A stretch of DNA of 64,000 nt, taken from NCBI GenBank assembly GCA_044892525.1, contig CM097887.1:73098001-73162000 (forward strand), in the 5' to 3' direction. Below, piece by piece: positions 38,532 through 51,700 of this stretch (the stretch's first letter is position 1; the number at the start of each line of letters is the position of its first letter). The notes beneath the pieces were generated by a model. The model was not told where the DNA came from. It was given only the letters and a program-made list of their open reading frames with translations, and ran no database searches. Made by a program: the position numbers and the translations under genes. Source of the stretch: Schmidtea polychroa (taxonomy: Eukaryota).

Positions 38532-41500
38532 ATGCAAGGTAGACCGAGTACAACACTGGATATCCAAGGGCGGAAAGTAGATTGTTTATTGGATACAGGA
38601 GCGCGAATTAATGTGATGGCTAAATCGGTAATTGATCGATTAGAAAATATCGAAATATTAGAAACAAGGGAATCGCTAAGATGTGCAAACAACAGTAGAT
38701 TAGAAACTATGGGTAAAATAAACATCAATGTTAAAATGGGCAGTATTGAAAGAAATGTAACATTCATTATAGTAAAGAATTTAATACCAGAAATTATTGG
38801 AGGAGTAGAACTACAAAGGTTATTTGGTATAGAATTGAAATGTATACTAGAAGAACATGAAAAACGTAGTGATTTCATTTGCGAAATAGAAGCTAGATTT
38901 GGGCGGATTATAACAGATGAAGAAAGATTACGTCATGCCATCGACGTTTTAAAGGTTACCGGAAATAAGAGACTGTTAGAAATATTTCAGGCAAACAAGA
39001 ATGTTTTTATGGCAGATAAATGGGACGTTGGGTGTACCAATCTGATAAAACATAAGATCATCACGAAAGGAGAGCCAATAATGATTAAACCGAGACGTCA
39101 GCCAATAAATTTGGAAGACAAGATTGAGGAAGCAATAAAAAATCTAGAAAACAACGGAATAATTAGGAAGTGTAATTCACCATGGAACACACCTTTAGTT
39201 TGTGTATGGAAGAAAGAGAAAAAAGACATCAGGCTTTGTCTAGACTTCAGACAATTAAACAAGATAACAGAAAGACAAGCATTTCCAATGCCAAATGTAG
39301 ATGAAATTTTAGACATCCTACACGGATCCAGATATTTTAGCTCAATTGACTTGGGAAATGCTTATTACCAAGTGAAGTTAGATAAAGAATCTCAAGAGAA
39401 AACAGCATTCTCAACAAAAGAAGGACAGTTCTGTTTCAACAGGATGCCGTTCGGCATTGCAGCGGCACCAGGAACATTTCAAGAATTAATGACGAAAGTA
39501 TTGAAAGATTTGTGGAAAGATGGAGTGATGGTATATTTAGACGACATCCTAATATTCACAAAGACAGAAGAAGACCATTATAACATATTTGGAAAAGTTC
39601 TAGGGAAGATCGCAACAGCAGGACTAAGATTGAATCCCGAAAAATGTCAAATATTTAGAAAAGAAGTGAAGTTTCTGGGACACATAATAAATAAAGACGG
39701 CATACAAACAGATAATACTAAGATAGAAGCAATACAATCATTTCAAAAGCCAAAATGTGTAAAGAATCTGAAGAGCTTTCTGGGTATCTGTAACTATTAT
39801 CGACGGTTCATAAAAGACTATGCAAAGAAGGCAAGAGCACTAGAAAGCATATGCGGAAAAAACAATGAGAAAATAAGATGGACAGAGATGTGTGAAAAGG
39901 CTTTCGGAGAAATGAAAGAAGCATTGATAACCGCTCCAGTATTGGTATTTCCAGATTTCAGAAAAGAATTTATATTAGACACAGACGCGAGCTTCGATAC
40001 TATTGGAGCAGTTCTTTCGCAAAAGGATGAAAAAGGACATGAACATGTCATTGCATATGGTTCACATGCGATGAGCAGCCACGAAAAAGGATACTGCATT
40101 ACCAGAAAAGAATTATTGACAATATACTATTTTTGTAAACATTTCAACCATTACTTATATGGTAAGAGATTCGTACTGAGAACGGACCATAAAGCTATTA
40201 CGTTTATGGTAACAACGAAGAAACCAATTACTGCTCAATTCCAGACATGGATCAACTATTTAAGCAGCCTGGATATTAAAATGGAATACAGGAAAGGAAC
40301 AAGCCATACAAACGCGGATATGCTATCCAGGAAAACATGCGGAACATGTGTACAGTGTATGATGGAACACGAAGACCCAAAAACCGGCAAAATTAAAACC
40401 AGAATATTAACAGTAACAGCAGAAGGCGGATATAACAAGTGGCAAAATGACAATATGGAGGTCCAAGAAATAAAGAATAAGTTAGAAAATAAAGATTGTA
40501 AGTTCATAATGGAAAACAACACGGTACTAACTAAGCAAGGTAAAATATGGATACCGTCAGATAATAGACAGAGGATGATAAAAGAAGTACACGTATTGCT
40601 GTGCCATGCAGGTGCACAGAAAGTAACGAAATATATCCAGAATAACTGCGACATGGAAAATTTAGCAACGGAAGTAAAAAAGGTAATTGAGAACTGCGAA
40701 AGATGTCAGAAAATGAAAACGATAACAACCAAGACAAAGGAGGAAACTCAAACAATAAAGAGTACAGAACCATTCGAGAAAATATATATGGATATATGTG
40801 GGCCATTGAAAGAAACGTTCAACAAAAAGAAATATATTTGCGGAATCATTGACCACTATAGTAAATACATCTCATTAACGGCCATAAACAAGCAAGACGA
40901 AAAAACAATTAGTGAGACGTTATTAAATAAATGGATATTAAAGTTTGGAGCTCCAAAAGAACTTCATGTAGATTGTGGGAAGAACTTTGAAGCAAGAAGT
41001 ATAAAAGAACTAGCAAAGGCAGCTGGCATTGAATTAATTTTCTCAAGCCCATATCACCATAACACGAATGGTATTATTGAAAGACAATTCAGAACAATCA
41101 GAGAGTATATCAACGCGTCATTGAATGAAGGAGGAAGGAAAAACTGGGCTGATATAGTGCCAGAAATAGAATATACTTTAAATGCAACAGTTCAAAAAAC
41201 AACGGGAGAAAGCCCAGCAGAGATTATATTTGGGAGGAAAATCGACAGAATGAAATGGTACTCGAATAAAGAAATAAATAGAGAAGATATGGAAAAGAGA
41301 ATAGAGGATAAAACACTAAAACCAAAAATAAGCAAAACAGTGAGAGATTTTGAAATGGAAGATTTGGTTTTGATCAAACAAGAAATTCGAAATAAAGACG
41401 ATGCAAGGTGGGAAGGGCCGTACAAAGTGATAAAGAAAATACATGAACGGAGCTACTTACTTAAAGATCAAAATGGGAAGATGGTAGTCAGAAATGTTGA

Positions 41501-41555
41501 GAAGATCAAACATTTTAAAAAAGGGGGATGTGAGGAGTTAAAATTAAAATACTAA
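38532..41555 (+). CDS. pol: Pol: protease-RT-RNase H-integrase (copy A), 1007 aa, uninterrupted
   Basis: LLDTGA, LCLDFRQLN, RMPFG, YLDDIL, LDTDAS, HVLLCH...CERC, MDICGP / VDCG / IERQFR, WEGPYKV. Domain order is Ty3/gypsy. Confidence 0.97.
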   Translation: MQGRPSTTLDIQGRKVDCLLDTGARINVMAKSVIDRLENIEILETRESLRCANNSRLETMGKININVKMGSIERNVTFIIVKNLIPEIIGGVELQRLFGIELKCILEEHEKRSDFICEIEARFGRIITDEERLRHAIDVLKVTGNKRLLEIFQANKNVFMADKWDVGCTNLIKHKIITKGEPIMIKPRRQPINLEDKIEEAIKNLENNGIIRKCNSPWNTPLVCVWKKEKKDIRLCLDFRQLNKITERQAFPMPNVDEILDILHGSRYFSSIDLGNAYYQVKLDKESQEKTAFSTKEGQFCFNRMPFGIAAAPGTFQELMTKVLKDLWKDGVMVYLDDILIFTKTEEDHYNIFGKVLGKIATAGLRLNPEKCQIFRKEVKFLGHIINKDGIQTDNTKIEAIQSFQKPKCVKNLKSFLGICNYYRRFIKDYAKKARALESICGKNNEKIRWTEMCEKAFGEMKEALITAPVLVFPDFRKEFILDTDASFDTIGAVLSQKDEKGHEHVIAYGSHAMSSHEKGYCITRKELLTIYYFCKHFNHYLYGKRFVLRTDHKAITFMVTTKKPITAQFQTWINYLSSLDIKMEYRKGTSHTNADMLSRKTCGTCVQCMMEHEDPKTGKIKTRILTVTAEGGYNKWQNDNMEVQEIKNKLENKDCKFIMENNTVLTKQGKIWIPSDNRQRMIKEVHVLLCHAGAQKVTKYIQNNCDMENLATEVKKVIENCERCQKMKTITTKTKEETQTIKSTEPFEKIYMDICGPLKETFNKKKYICGIIDHYSKYISLTAINKQDEKTISETLLNKWILKFGAPKELHVDCGKNFEARSIKELAKAAGIELIFSSPYHHNTNGIIERQFRTIREYINASLNEGGRKNWADIVPEIEYTLNATVQKTTGESPAEIIFGRKIDRMKWYSNKEINREDMEKRIEDKTLKPKISKTVRDFEMEDLVLIKQEIRNKDDARWEGPYKVIKKIHERSYLLKDQNGKMVVRNVEKIKHFKKGGCEELKLKY

Positions 41556-44500
41556 ATTAAATTAGTTCATGATTAAAATTTGTAAAATTTTAATTGAAAC
41601 TTAAATTATTTTAAGATATTAAAATTGAAATGATAATTGAAATTTTAAAATAAAATAATCTTTAATAAAATTGAAATTCAAGTATGAATGCGATGGTATG
41701 TTGATATTTGGTTGAAATTAAAATTTAGAAAATGTCCCAAGAATATTTGTTTATATAATCAGATTTAATGAAATATAATTTTGGATTTAATAGTCTTAGT
41801 AATTTATTTTGATGACAGAAGAATTAAATGTTATAGCTTCTAACAGTAGTCTAAAGAAATAGTCATTTTATAATGTTGTATTGCTATAATATAGCTGAAA
41901 TGCGCAACATTAAACAATGCACAAAACTCATTTCTGAGATAAATAGTTTTTAAAAAATATAAAAATGTACGAAATGTTAATAGAACTAAATCTACATACA
42001 TGGTATTAATTCAATATTTAAGAGCACATCTACTGATACCATTCTTAAAAATATATCTAGAAATAGCATTTACCAATTGTTATTTCTAATTTATAAAATG
42101 CCATATGGTTTGTTTTATATAATTAAGGATTTAAAAATATATTGAAAAATATAAATTGGGTCTTATTAATTGTAAAAACCTTTTGAACAATGTAGAAGTT
42201 TTTTGGATTAAAAAATGCAAATAAAATAGGAAAACAATATAAATAATAAAATTATAGTATAAATGAAGCTTAGGGTTTTGTTATGCATGAATATTAGTTG
42301 ATATAACCTTACTCTAACTCCAACCCTAACCCTAGACTTTATTTATACTAATTATATATTTTTATTATTTTATTTATGCTTTTTATACGACTATAACTAC
42401 TTATATAAATTTCGTTGCTTGCCTTAATGGCAGATATTTCTTTCCAAATACGATTTCAAATAGGTTTCGATGAGTTATTTCCGGGCGAGACCCAGATCTG
42501 AGGTGGCAACCCTAAAACCCAGTATATTTTTGTTGAATACTCATGAACATTCACACCAATGTAAATGAAATGCCTGATTTGGTCGTGTAGAATAAGCGGA
42601 TTCCAGATCTAAATTTGCTTGATTGATAATCCCTGGTATATATAGAACATATTCCTAACATCGAAAAGCCTAAGAAATGAATTTGAATAGCTCTGAAATT
42701 ATAAGAAATATGATGATAATGTTTAAAGATTTTATCAAATTGTGATTCAACATGTTAAAGCTTGCATAGATTTGAACGCTAGGTTACACTAGGCACTTTA
42801 AACTCTCAAAAAAATTTATATATTTTTGTGAAATTATCATTATCGTAATTTTAAAATTCTTTGAGAAGAATTGTTTGATGTATATGCTACAGTTAAAGTA
42901 TACATTTCAGTTAGTGCATACACTATCTAGTTAATGTATGCTTCCACTAGCTGTTTCAGTGAAAGTATAGATTATTTTAAATAGTGTATACTTTATCTAG
43001 TTGTATTCATTGAATAGTGGGTGTATTTTGTGGGTAATTTTGTGTTTAAGCATGTGTTTCAAACATCTGAAAATTTACTAATGCTAATCAGTGGGACTAT
43101 ACTAATTAATTAAAAATTTGGAAAATAATAATAGAAATATTCCGGAGGTAATGGATATATATGGATAGCAAATGAAGATTTAAAATTAATGGAGGTCTCC
43201 AGAAAAAGATTCGAAAAATAGAAATTAGTTAAAAAATTAAATAAATAATTAATTAGGTATGTAGGAAACTCGAGACATGTGGAGAACCAAGTGGTGAACA
43301 AGAGAATAATGAGATTATACTTTACTCCAAAATCAATGAAGATGATTAGTTTTGAATTAGAGAAACGAGATTTTTGAGCAAAGACGAGAGGTCGCCTCCT
43401 TAATTGTTATGTTTTGAGCAAATTTTGGTTTCTGGCTAATTGATTTGATTGAAAATATTGCAGTATAAAAAGAAACAACAATGTTAGACAAAGGTTAGTT
43501 TGGTCGAAGAGAGAAATCAGCGGCACATTGAATAAAAGAGATCAAAGAGTAAGGAAACTAAACTCTTGTAAAACCAAATTTGATAAAAGGAAAAATCATA
43601 TTCAAAATCTAATAAAAAGACAGTCTCTTGTTGTGTTATCTACTTTATCGAATTTTTATAGAAAAGTCCAGATCAGATGAGAATGTAACTGACAATTTTG
43701 AATCAAAATTTGTTGACGTTTAATAAAGTATTCTGTGTTTGGTCTTATTTTAATAATTGAAACAGACCACGATGAGTCAAAGTCAGTACCGACTCTAACA
43801 AAAATAACCAAGCAATTAAAAAACAATGAATCGCTTTAAATAAAGGATTTTAATCTCATTAAATTGGATAAATCTTAAATTTCCTTTGAAGCTGTGAAAT
43901 TGCTTATGTTAAAACTTTACAAAAATAGACTATTATTATGGTGAGCAATCTTCTTTTGTATTGAGTTTTACAGTTAAATAAATAAATTAATTAGTAATTA
44001 ATTAGGTTATATTATAATTCTTATATGCCAGGCTTTAATATTCTGCTGTAAGCAACAAATTTTCAAATAACCAATTTTCTCGTTTATGTACAAGAGGATA
44101 AAAAATGTGTTTGAACCGTAAATTGGGATAATTTTTCCGGGTCTGTCATTTTATAGTTTATACTTTTAAGAACATTTTACATATTACAATTTTCTCGTAA
44201 CTTAGTAAATGAAATTTAAGATGAATATTGGAACATAAGTTAACATAATTACGTAATAACAAATCAATTAATTAGTTACAGATCTTATTTCAATCAGACT
44301 GATCGTGAATAATCACTAGTCGAACTTTTAGAATAAAATATAAATTCAGCTAAAATATCACATAACATTTTTTGGTTTTACCGGTAAATAAAAACAGGCA
44401 TGATTATGATTTCCCAACCTGATGTTTAAATATCTGCCAGATATATTTGCTTACCTATTTATTTATATTTTCCATCCAAATGCAGTGTAATTGTTTCATC

Positions 44501-45951
44501 AATTCATAATTTATCATCATTTTACATCATAATACTGTAAATATAGCCAATTACGTAATTTGATTATTTATTTAAATATTTGCTAACAGAATTTGTAACT
44601 TTGATTTAAATTCTAGAATAATTTGACACCATGTTGAGTAATCTAAACTGTTAAACCTTGTATTTATAGATTATACTAAGGTGACCATAGGTGACAATGA
44701 CACAAAATTAGCTAAAATTAGGCGGAAAAAAATCCTTTATATGATCTACTTTGAACTCTCATGGACGCCTGCAGTTTTAAATCCGTAAAATAGTTCTAAA
44801 AATTAAGAGTATTTTGATTTGCAATTAATTCTAACGCCTGAATTATACGTATTTAAGAGTAAATCTCATGAAAAATTAATCAAATGAATTATAGAATTAG
44901 ATTTTTTATTTATCAATCACTATTTATAAATAATTGTATTTTGTATCATTTTACATTTTTGTTCGTATTAAAACTTAACATTTGAACCACATGTAAAAGT
45001 TTCATTGATATTCAGAATAACAAATAAACCTTTTTAAGATGATAAGATTTTAGAAATTTCTGAAAGACAAAATGATCTCATTTAATAATGAATTGTTTTT
45101 CTTGTTTTCTCTCTCTCTGTCTCCTATTATACATCGCTATTACGAGCAATAATCTGTTTGAGATTTTTAATTTCGTTTTAGATTAACATGTTCAGTTCCG
45201 TTCATATTTTATAAATTTATAAAACGTACTACAAAACAAATAAAAAGAAATAAACTTTTTTTGTGACCAAGTAGTGGAATTCTTTAGGATTTTCATTATT
45301 AGAAGGGTTTTAATTCTCACTATTATAAATCATATAAAAACGATATTATTGTTTTCGCTATGATCATTCAGGTTTTATTTGTATAAATATTAGTATTTTA
45401 TATTTTTCATTATGTTTATACATAACATTTCACACTCGCTATAAAATCACAATGAATGAGCTTTTCAGTGAAAGTAAAGCATAGAATAAAGAATTTACAA
45501 TCACGAACTGGTACATTATATAAGTTTATATCAGGATTAATAGAAACTCGAAGGCTATATGATTATTGTACTATATGTGCGAGGACAATTACATTAATTG
45601 TTGAAACACAGAGTAATAAATGAGCAATTTCTCAAAAAGATTACATCATAGTTCTGTGAGATAAATTATTAGCAGGGACAATTATATGAGTTTTACATGC
45701 AATTATTCATCAGCATCAGTTTTTTATATATACGAGAAATTAAGATGTCTTTTTTATTTTATTTCCAGTCTCGGAATTTTACTAACATTATCAATATAGG
45801 AATAAATTTTATTTGGATTTAAATTCTGTTAAGCTCGGTATTTAAGAGGTTTGATTAACGTTAGTTATTGAGATTTATAGTTGCCAATAATCAACAGTTT
45901 AATTTGTTTTTGTATTGAAATTTTTAAATAATTAATTTAAATTTAATTCAG

Positions 45952-46150
45952 TTTCCTCAAAGATTTACAACACAATGTCGTGGCTCAATCTCATTCTAAT
46001 CCATCCTTACCGTCGCTCAACAAAAATCCCAACAGTTCAAGGCCCTCGAAGCAGCTTGATGTACACATAAAAATGCCTCAGGAACATTTTCAGAATTCTA
46101 GATACCCATATTATAATGAAACTTTCAAAGACAATTTTTACGATTTATGA
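45952..46150 (+). CDS. Possible terminal exon of an unidentified gene
   Basis: atttaattcag acceptor, then a stop-free 65-codon frame (FLKDLQHNVVAQSHSNPSLPSLNKNPNSSRPSKQ...FYDL*). No upstream exons found. Confidence 0.3.
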
Positions 46151-46916
46151 ATGTTCGCGTGTTTCTCAATTTTCTTGTCAATGCAGTATTATATTGATGT
46201 CATCATTATTTGTAATGACTCGTATTCGTGGGATCTATCAAAATGTTTCAAAACATGAAAATGTCTCATGTAACGACTAAAGAAACAATATTTTGTGCAT
46301 AATAAATGAAGACGACAAGTCATTTGATGAAACTTTCAATCAAAATTATTCTTTCATTTAACGTTTTTCTCTTACATTTAGACACATGATGTAATATAAT
46401 ATTAGCTGCAATAAACCTCTGTTTGATATAAATATTTTTCGTTTTGTTTAATTCTATTTATTGATAATCGAAAATAAAAAAAATGAATGGTTTATTAAAC
46501 TGGTTGTTGAAATTAATCAGAAAATTTTATTTATAATTATTCATTTCGTAGTCAACCCTTTTCCGCTGAAGGGAATCAGGTTGTCGTCTTTATTTGGGAT
46601 TTCCTAGAAAAATAANNNNNNNNNNNNNNNNNNNNNNNNNNNNNNNNNNNNNNNNNNNNNNNNNNNNNNNNNNNNNNNNNNNNNNNNNNNNNNNNNNNNN
46701 NNNNNNNNNNNNNNNNNNNNNNNNNNNNNNNNNNNNNNNNNNNNNNNNNNNNNNNNNNNNNNNCTCCATATTTTGTAAAATTTTATTTATGCATTTTTCA
46801 CCGCAAAATATTGTTATGGAGAGGTTTAAAAATTGCACAGCACCTCGCAACTATTCTATACATATTTATTTATGCATAAATTATTGCAATTATTATTTTA
46901 ATATAATAGATACAGG

Positions 46917-47288
46917 CAGTGCTCGAAGTGGAACAAAATATGTGCCGGGATAGGCATGCTGTGGCACCCGGGATTCCAGGCTTTTATGCAGAAATTTTCA
47001 GTTGGGGGGGTGTCCACCCATTTAATCATAAGTTTCAGAATATACCTACCTATCCATTACTGCTGCTTGGGAAATTCTTAATTGAATAGAGAATAAAGAA
47101 TATATATATACATACATATATGGATGTACTATGTGTGACCTTAATTGCAGTATTTGTGTGCCTATAAAATGAAATAAGTACCGGGATAAACCTATAGATT
47201 ATATGAAATGAAGTGCCGGGATGAAATTCCGCCTACATAATCAATGCCGGGATAATATCCCGGCTATCCCGCCTCACTTCGAGCACTG
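46917..47288. mobile_element. hAT MITE, 372 bp
   Basis: 14-bp TIR CAGTGCTCGAAGTG / CACTTCGAGCACTG; perfect TSD GATACAGG; several subterminal CCGGGAT repeats. Confidence 0.92.
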
Positions 47289-47292
47289 GATA

Positions 47293-48600
47293 CAGGGCTA
47301 TAATAGAGGGTATACAGCATATACCCTGTGGTTTGATTTGAATGAATATACCCTATGCTTATTACAAATTAGTAAAGATATTACATTTTCAAATACTTAA
47401 AAAAATTTAAACAATTTAATAATCAAATCCTTAACAATTTTTATGTCAGTACAGCAGACGTATGATAACTGCTTACGCAGAAGCTTTTAGCAAATAGTAA
47501 TGGAAAACTACCAGTTGATTATGTTATAGTTATTTATTATGTAGATGGCTTGGTTGCTTGTACATTTGTAGCCTACAAATTGTAGGGGAAAAATTATAAT
47601 ATATTCACACTGTAAGTATTTTTACAAAAAAATCAATTGTAATAATTTTTATCATGGATCAGTGGCTAAAAACTGGACAATTATATTCTAAAAGAAAGTT
47701 GAAATAAGACGAATTATAATATGATGGAAAAGGATAAAAATATATAGGATAATATATTTTTGATGGATACTATTAGAAACGTATCTCGAAATCAAAATCG
47801 GAAGTAAAATGACCTAAAATTTGGAATGAGTCTCAGTATGAATATTTTCAGGTGGCTTATGAGTTCAAATTGTAAACTTGGATGTAATTGTTGTTCCACC
47901 GTAAAAACTTTATCTATTTCAAAAAAACAAAGATTACATATTTCTGATGAGTGAAGTAAGTGCTTTGTAAGTAAGTAAATTGTTACTTTTCAGTCAAAAT
48001 TGAGTGTCCTGATTGACGAGTCAACAAATTTGTGTTTTAATTATTTATTAAAAAAATTCTGTGGATGGAGAACATCCTGAATGTGTATTTCTTGATTTGT
48101 GCGAGTTAGATGCTCAAGATGCAGAACATGTCGAGAAGAAACTATTAGATATCTTAAAAATACACGTATTTCATGAGTAATACTTAAATTTGTAAACGAT
48201 TTAATGTCAATTGGCTAGAAACCATTGCAGGATTAGGAAACTTCACAGAAAATATAAAATTAAAAAAAATAAAACCGCTCTTAACTGCAGTTTCCTCTTT
48301 CCCGTGTTCACCACCTGAGTGCGAATCCGGTTTTAGTTTGATGAACAATATTATAACTGATTTACGAGCATCTTTGATTATTTCAAATGTTTTTTAATAC
48401 TAATGGATCGCCAATTCAGCAATACGTAATCAAAAGTATTTTCGGGTGACATTTGTTTTGGTGCATCTCGCAAATGTCTTTGGAACATATTTAGAGCATT
48501 ATAAAATTAAATCTTTTAATTCAAATTTTATTTTCGTCATCTTTTAAACGCCTACTTTCTAATTTATATTGTGTACCCTTTGGTTCTTACTTTGTATATA
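47293..48600 (+). mobile_element. Old, heavily decayed hAT transposon; right end approximate
   Basis: Starts CAGGGCTATAAT. Relic peptides VLIDESTNL, LDAQDAEHVEKKLLDIL, ECESGFSLMNNIITDLRASL (dimerisation domain). Confidence 0.65.
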
Positions 48601-49149
48601 TTTATTTTTGCCCGACACTAATTTTACAATATCCGATTTTTTATAATACCCAGAAGATACTGTATATAAATATAAATATTTAATCTAAAAATATTCAACA
48701 CTTAATACAATATTAATGAAAGTTAGAGATTAAATTGAAGGAACATAAAACTAATAGATACAATATATTTATTGAATGCCACATCTTGGTATGAAGTGAA
48801 TCTGGTATTTTCATTAATATAACTTTCAATCTTGACTGCATAGGAGCATATGAGAAGTAAGAAAATTGGTGCTGTTACCATAACTAATCCGATATAGAAG
48901 CGATCCAGTGGCCTGTTTGATGAGCTGAGGCTTCATATGTCACAATATTGAGGTATTTTCAGACGAAACAGAATTCCAGTAAATTGATAAGATTCCATTT
49001 TTTGGTATACATTTTTTTGAATAAAGGTAGCGATGTTCGAAAGAAGTTAATTGAATATTTATGAATATTAAAACAATGTTCTTTTAATGTAATTAATTTA
49101 ATATATTTGAAATTTAATTATTAAATTAATATATTTATTAATTTGAAAG

Positions 49150-50030
49150 TCAGAGGCAATATAATAGCTCCAGCCGAAGTACGCAGAGCGTATCGAGAGA
49201 TAAAAAGCGATGGGGATGACGGAGGCAGTCACTGAAGGTCAAAATCTGAGATGTATTGAGGGAGTTTACGTGTTCACCGGGAGGGGAATGGCAGATTGCC
49301 TTGAAGACGTTAAACATATGGCGTATCTCGTAGTGTTGTCGGTTGTTTTCTAGTATGTCTTCGTTTATGTTTTGACCTTTTGTGATATGATTATTATTTG
49401 GTATTTCGTCGTATTCAACGGTGCAAAAGCATGGTTTTAATCTGGAATAATTGACCATGACGTGGTTGTTGTCAATCTCTAGTTTCGCTGTATTTATGTA
49501 CAGCTCTATGATGCGGAAATGGAGCTTTGAATCTGGGTTTGAGGTTCGAAGGATCGATTGTTCTCATCCATGCTTCAGTTGCTGAGTAAAGGGACTGTAG
49601 TATATATGGTTTGTAAGATATGGAATATGTGAATGATGGATTAATATCAAAGCTCAAAAAATGTTTGGGAGTAAAATTGATCTCGTCTACTAGTGAGTCA
49701 CTGTAAAGTTCGATGAAGTGTTGGATCCAAACAAAAGTTATGAAGGAGAAACACCGCTTGAACGAATGGATGTGTTGTCATCCTAGTAAAACAAATGGAA
49801 CGCTTTGACTCATGAAGTTCACGTTGAGAGTATTCTGATGGATGATTTCAGAGTCCGATGAGCGCGTTAGACAAAACCGTTTGTTTGCGGATGAGAAGGA
49901 GCTGATTCCTAAGTGTTTGATGTCGAGACTGGATGTAAAATGTTCAAAAAGATACGATTAGAATTGTGCTCCTTGGTCAATGATGATAGAGGTTGGGATT
50001 CCATAACGTTAGAACCAGATGGATAGGTAA
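49150..50030 (-). pseudogene. Degenerate gypsy integrase fragment from a different family than copies A and B
   Basis: Minus-strand relics RYGIPTSIIIDQGAQF, PFVLLG and SRLKPCF, with many stops and frameshifts. Confidence 0.7.
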
Positions 50031-51149
50031 AAATTGAAATTGAAGTGCAAAATTAATTAGAAATTGATATTTTTAGGAGGGAGGTATGGACAAGTGACGA
50101 ATTTAACAATATTATAAAGATTACGGGTCCCAATATAAGGTTATTAAAGAAATAAAAAACAATTAATAATTTAACTGATAAAAACAGCCAAGAAACTATT
50201 ATGTTCGCCATAGATCCAGCACAATTGACACCATAAATAACAAATCACTTAGCTTTCAACGTGGACTGGTAAATATCACATAAAAGAGTGGCGTCTCACA
50301 TCTCCGCTAAATTTCAAACAGTTCATACCCAGTACAGACATGTATAAAAGTTCTAAAATTAAGAAGTATCGCGAATCTAATCGATCAATTATTAAAATTA
50401 AATAGCTAATAAATGAAAGATTAATTGCAATCCGTATTTTGAACATGTCAGTGAAAATTGAAATAATTTTTTGTGTTAAATTCTTATTCTAATCAAAAAC
50501 ACGGGGAGTTTGATTATGAGCTCTGTGCAGTCAAATATCTTGACCATAAAAATGAATGATTACCTCATTAGACTGGCTAATGACAAATAGAAATTAACTT
50601 GGACTTACGTCCTTTTCATCTTGCAATACTCCTTTTCGATAGAAATTTAAGCTGCCGGGAGAGTATTCATAATTTGGTATTCCTCTGAGAGTGTTTAATC
50701 AAAATTTACATTCACAGGAATTATTACCGCGGTATATCATTGAAGGCATTTTCTCCAATGTTAATCTTATTATTCTTTCCATCAAGTCTTTGTCCAATTC
50801 CACTAAACGACACAAACCTAGAGCTCATAATTGCATCTGGATTGATGTCATATGCGTCTTCTTCACTCATTCTTTTCTAATTGCATGATACAGATATATT
50901 GTAATATTATTAATTGCATGAAATATTCGAATAACAAAATTTTGTTTGACCTTGTAAACTTTCATAAGAAAGAAGGGGAAAAATTCAAAAATACAAAAAC
51001 GAGACAAAAAAGAATAATAAAAAGATTACGACATTTCATTAGCGTGCTAACCTTTAACTACCGATTCATTATTAAAATTAATTTCATAATAATTTCATTG
51101 GATTAAATAATAATTAAAATAAATAAAATTCAATTCAAATTGAGAGACT

Positions 51150-51700
51150 TATTAAATTTTTATTATTTCAAATCTTATTGAATAATAAATAAAATTAATA
51201 ACATTCACTTCAAATTGTGAGTTTGTTTCAATTATTTTTAATAACTAAAATAAATTAAATTATTTTTAAATTGTCTTTTTTTAATTTAATTTTTATTACT
51301 TTAAATTTTATTGGCTAAAAATTAAAATAAATTAAATTCATTTCAAATTGTAAATTTATTTTTAATTATTTCAAATTTGATAGGATAATAATTTAAATAA
51401 ATTAAATTATTTTTAAATAGTGACTTTTTTTAATTTAAATTTACTTATTTAAATTTCAATGGCTAAAAGTTAAAATAAATAAAATTAATTTCAAATTGTG
51501 AATTTAATTCAATTATTTTTAATTATTTCAAATTTGATTGGATAATAAATAAAATTATTTTTAAATTATGACTTTTTCAAATCAATTTTTATTATTTTAA
51601 ATTTGACTGGTTAAAAATTAAAATAAATTAAATTCATTTAAAATTGTGAATTTACTTCAATTATTTTTAATCATTTAAAATTTGACACAAATAAATTTCA
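51150..51700. repeat. Degenerate AT-rich tandem repeat, about 4 units of roughly 135-150 bp
   Basis: Recurring (c/a)aaattgt(g/a)a..tt...ttcaattattttt and ggctaaaaattaaaataaattaaatt motifs. Confidence 0.65.

Larger units (their letters stand above)
36788..41845 (+). mobile_element. Intact Ty3/gypsy LTR retrotransposon, copy A (5058 bp)
   Basis: 317-bp LTRs at 36788-37104 and 41529-41845 (TGTGAGG...CTAACA; no differences seen by eye). TSD GTAGT on both sides. PBS TGGCGACCA at 37105; PPT AAAAAAGGGGGA before the 3' LTR. Confidence 0.97.

Noticed and set aside
37626-41425. Many short antisense or alternate-frame ORFs over gag-pol, and their mirrors at 54699-58498
   Set aside because: Shadows of the long retroelement ORFs; their recurrence only reflects the duplication.
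42320-42335. CCCTAACCCTAG telomere-like motif
   Set aside because: Only about two units; expected by chance.
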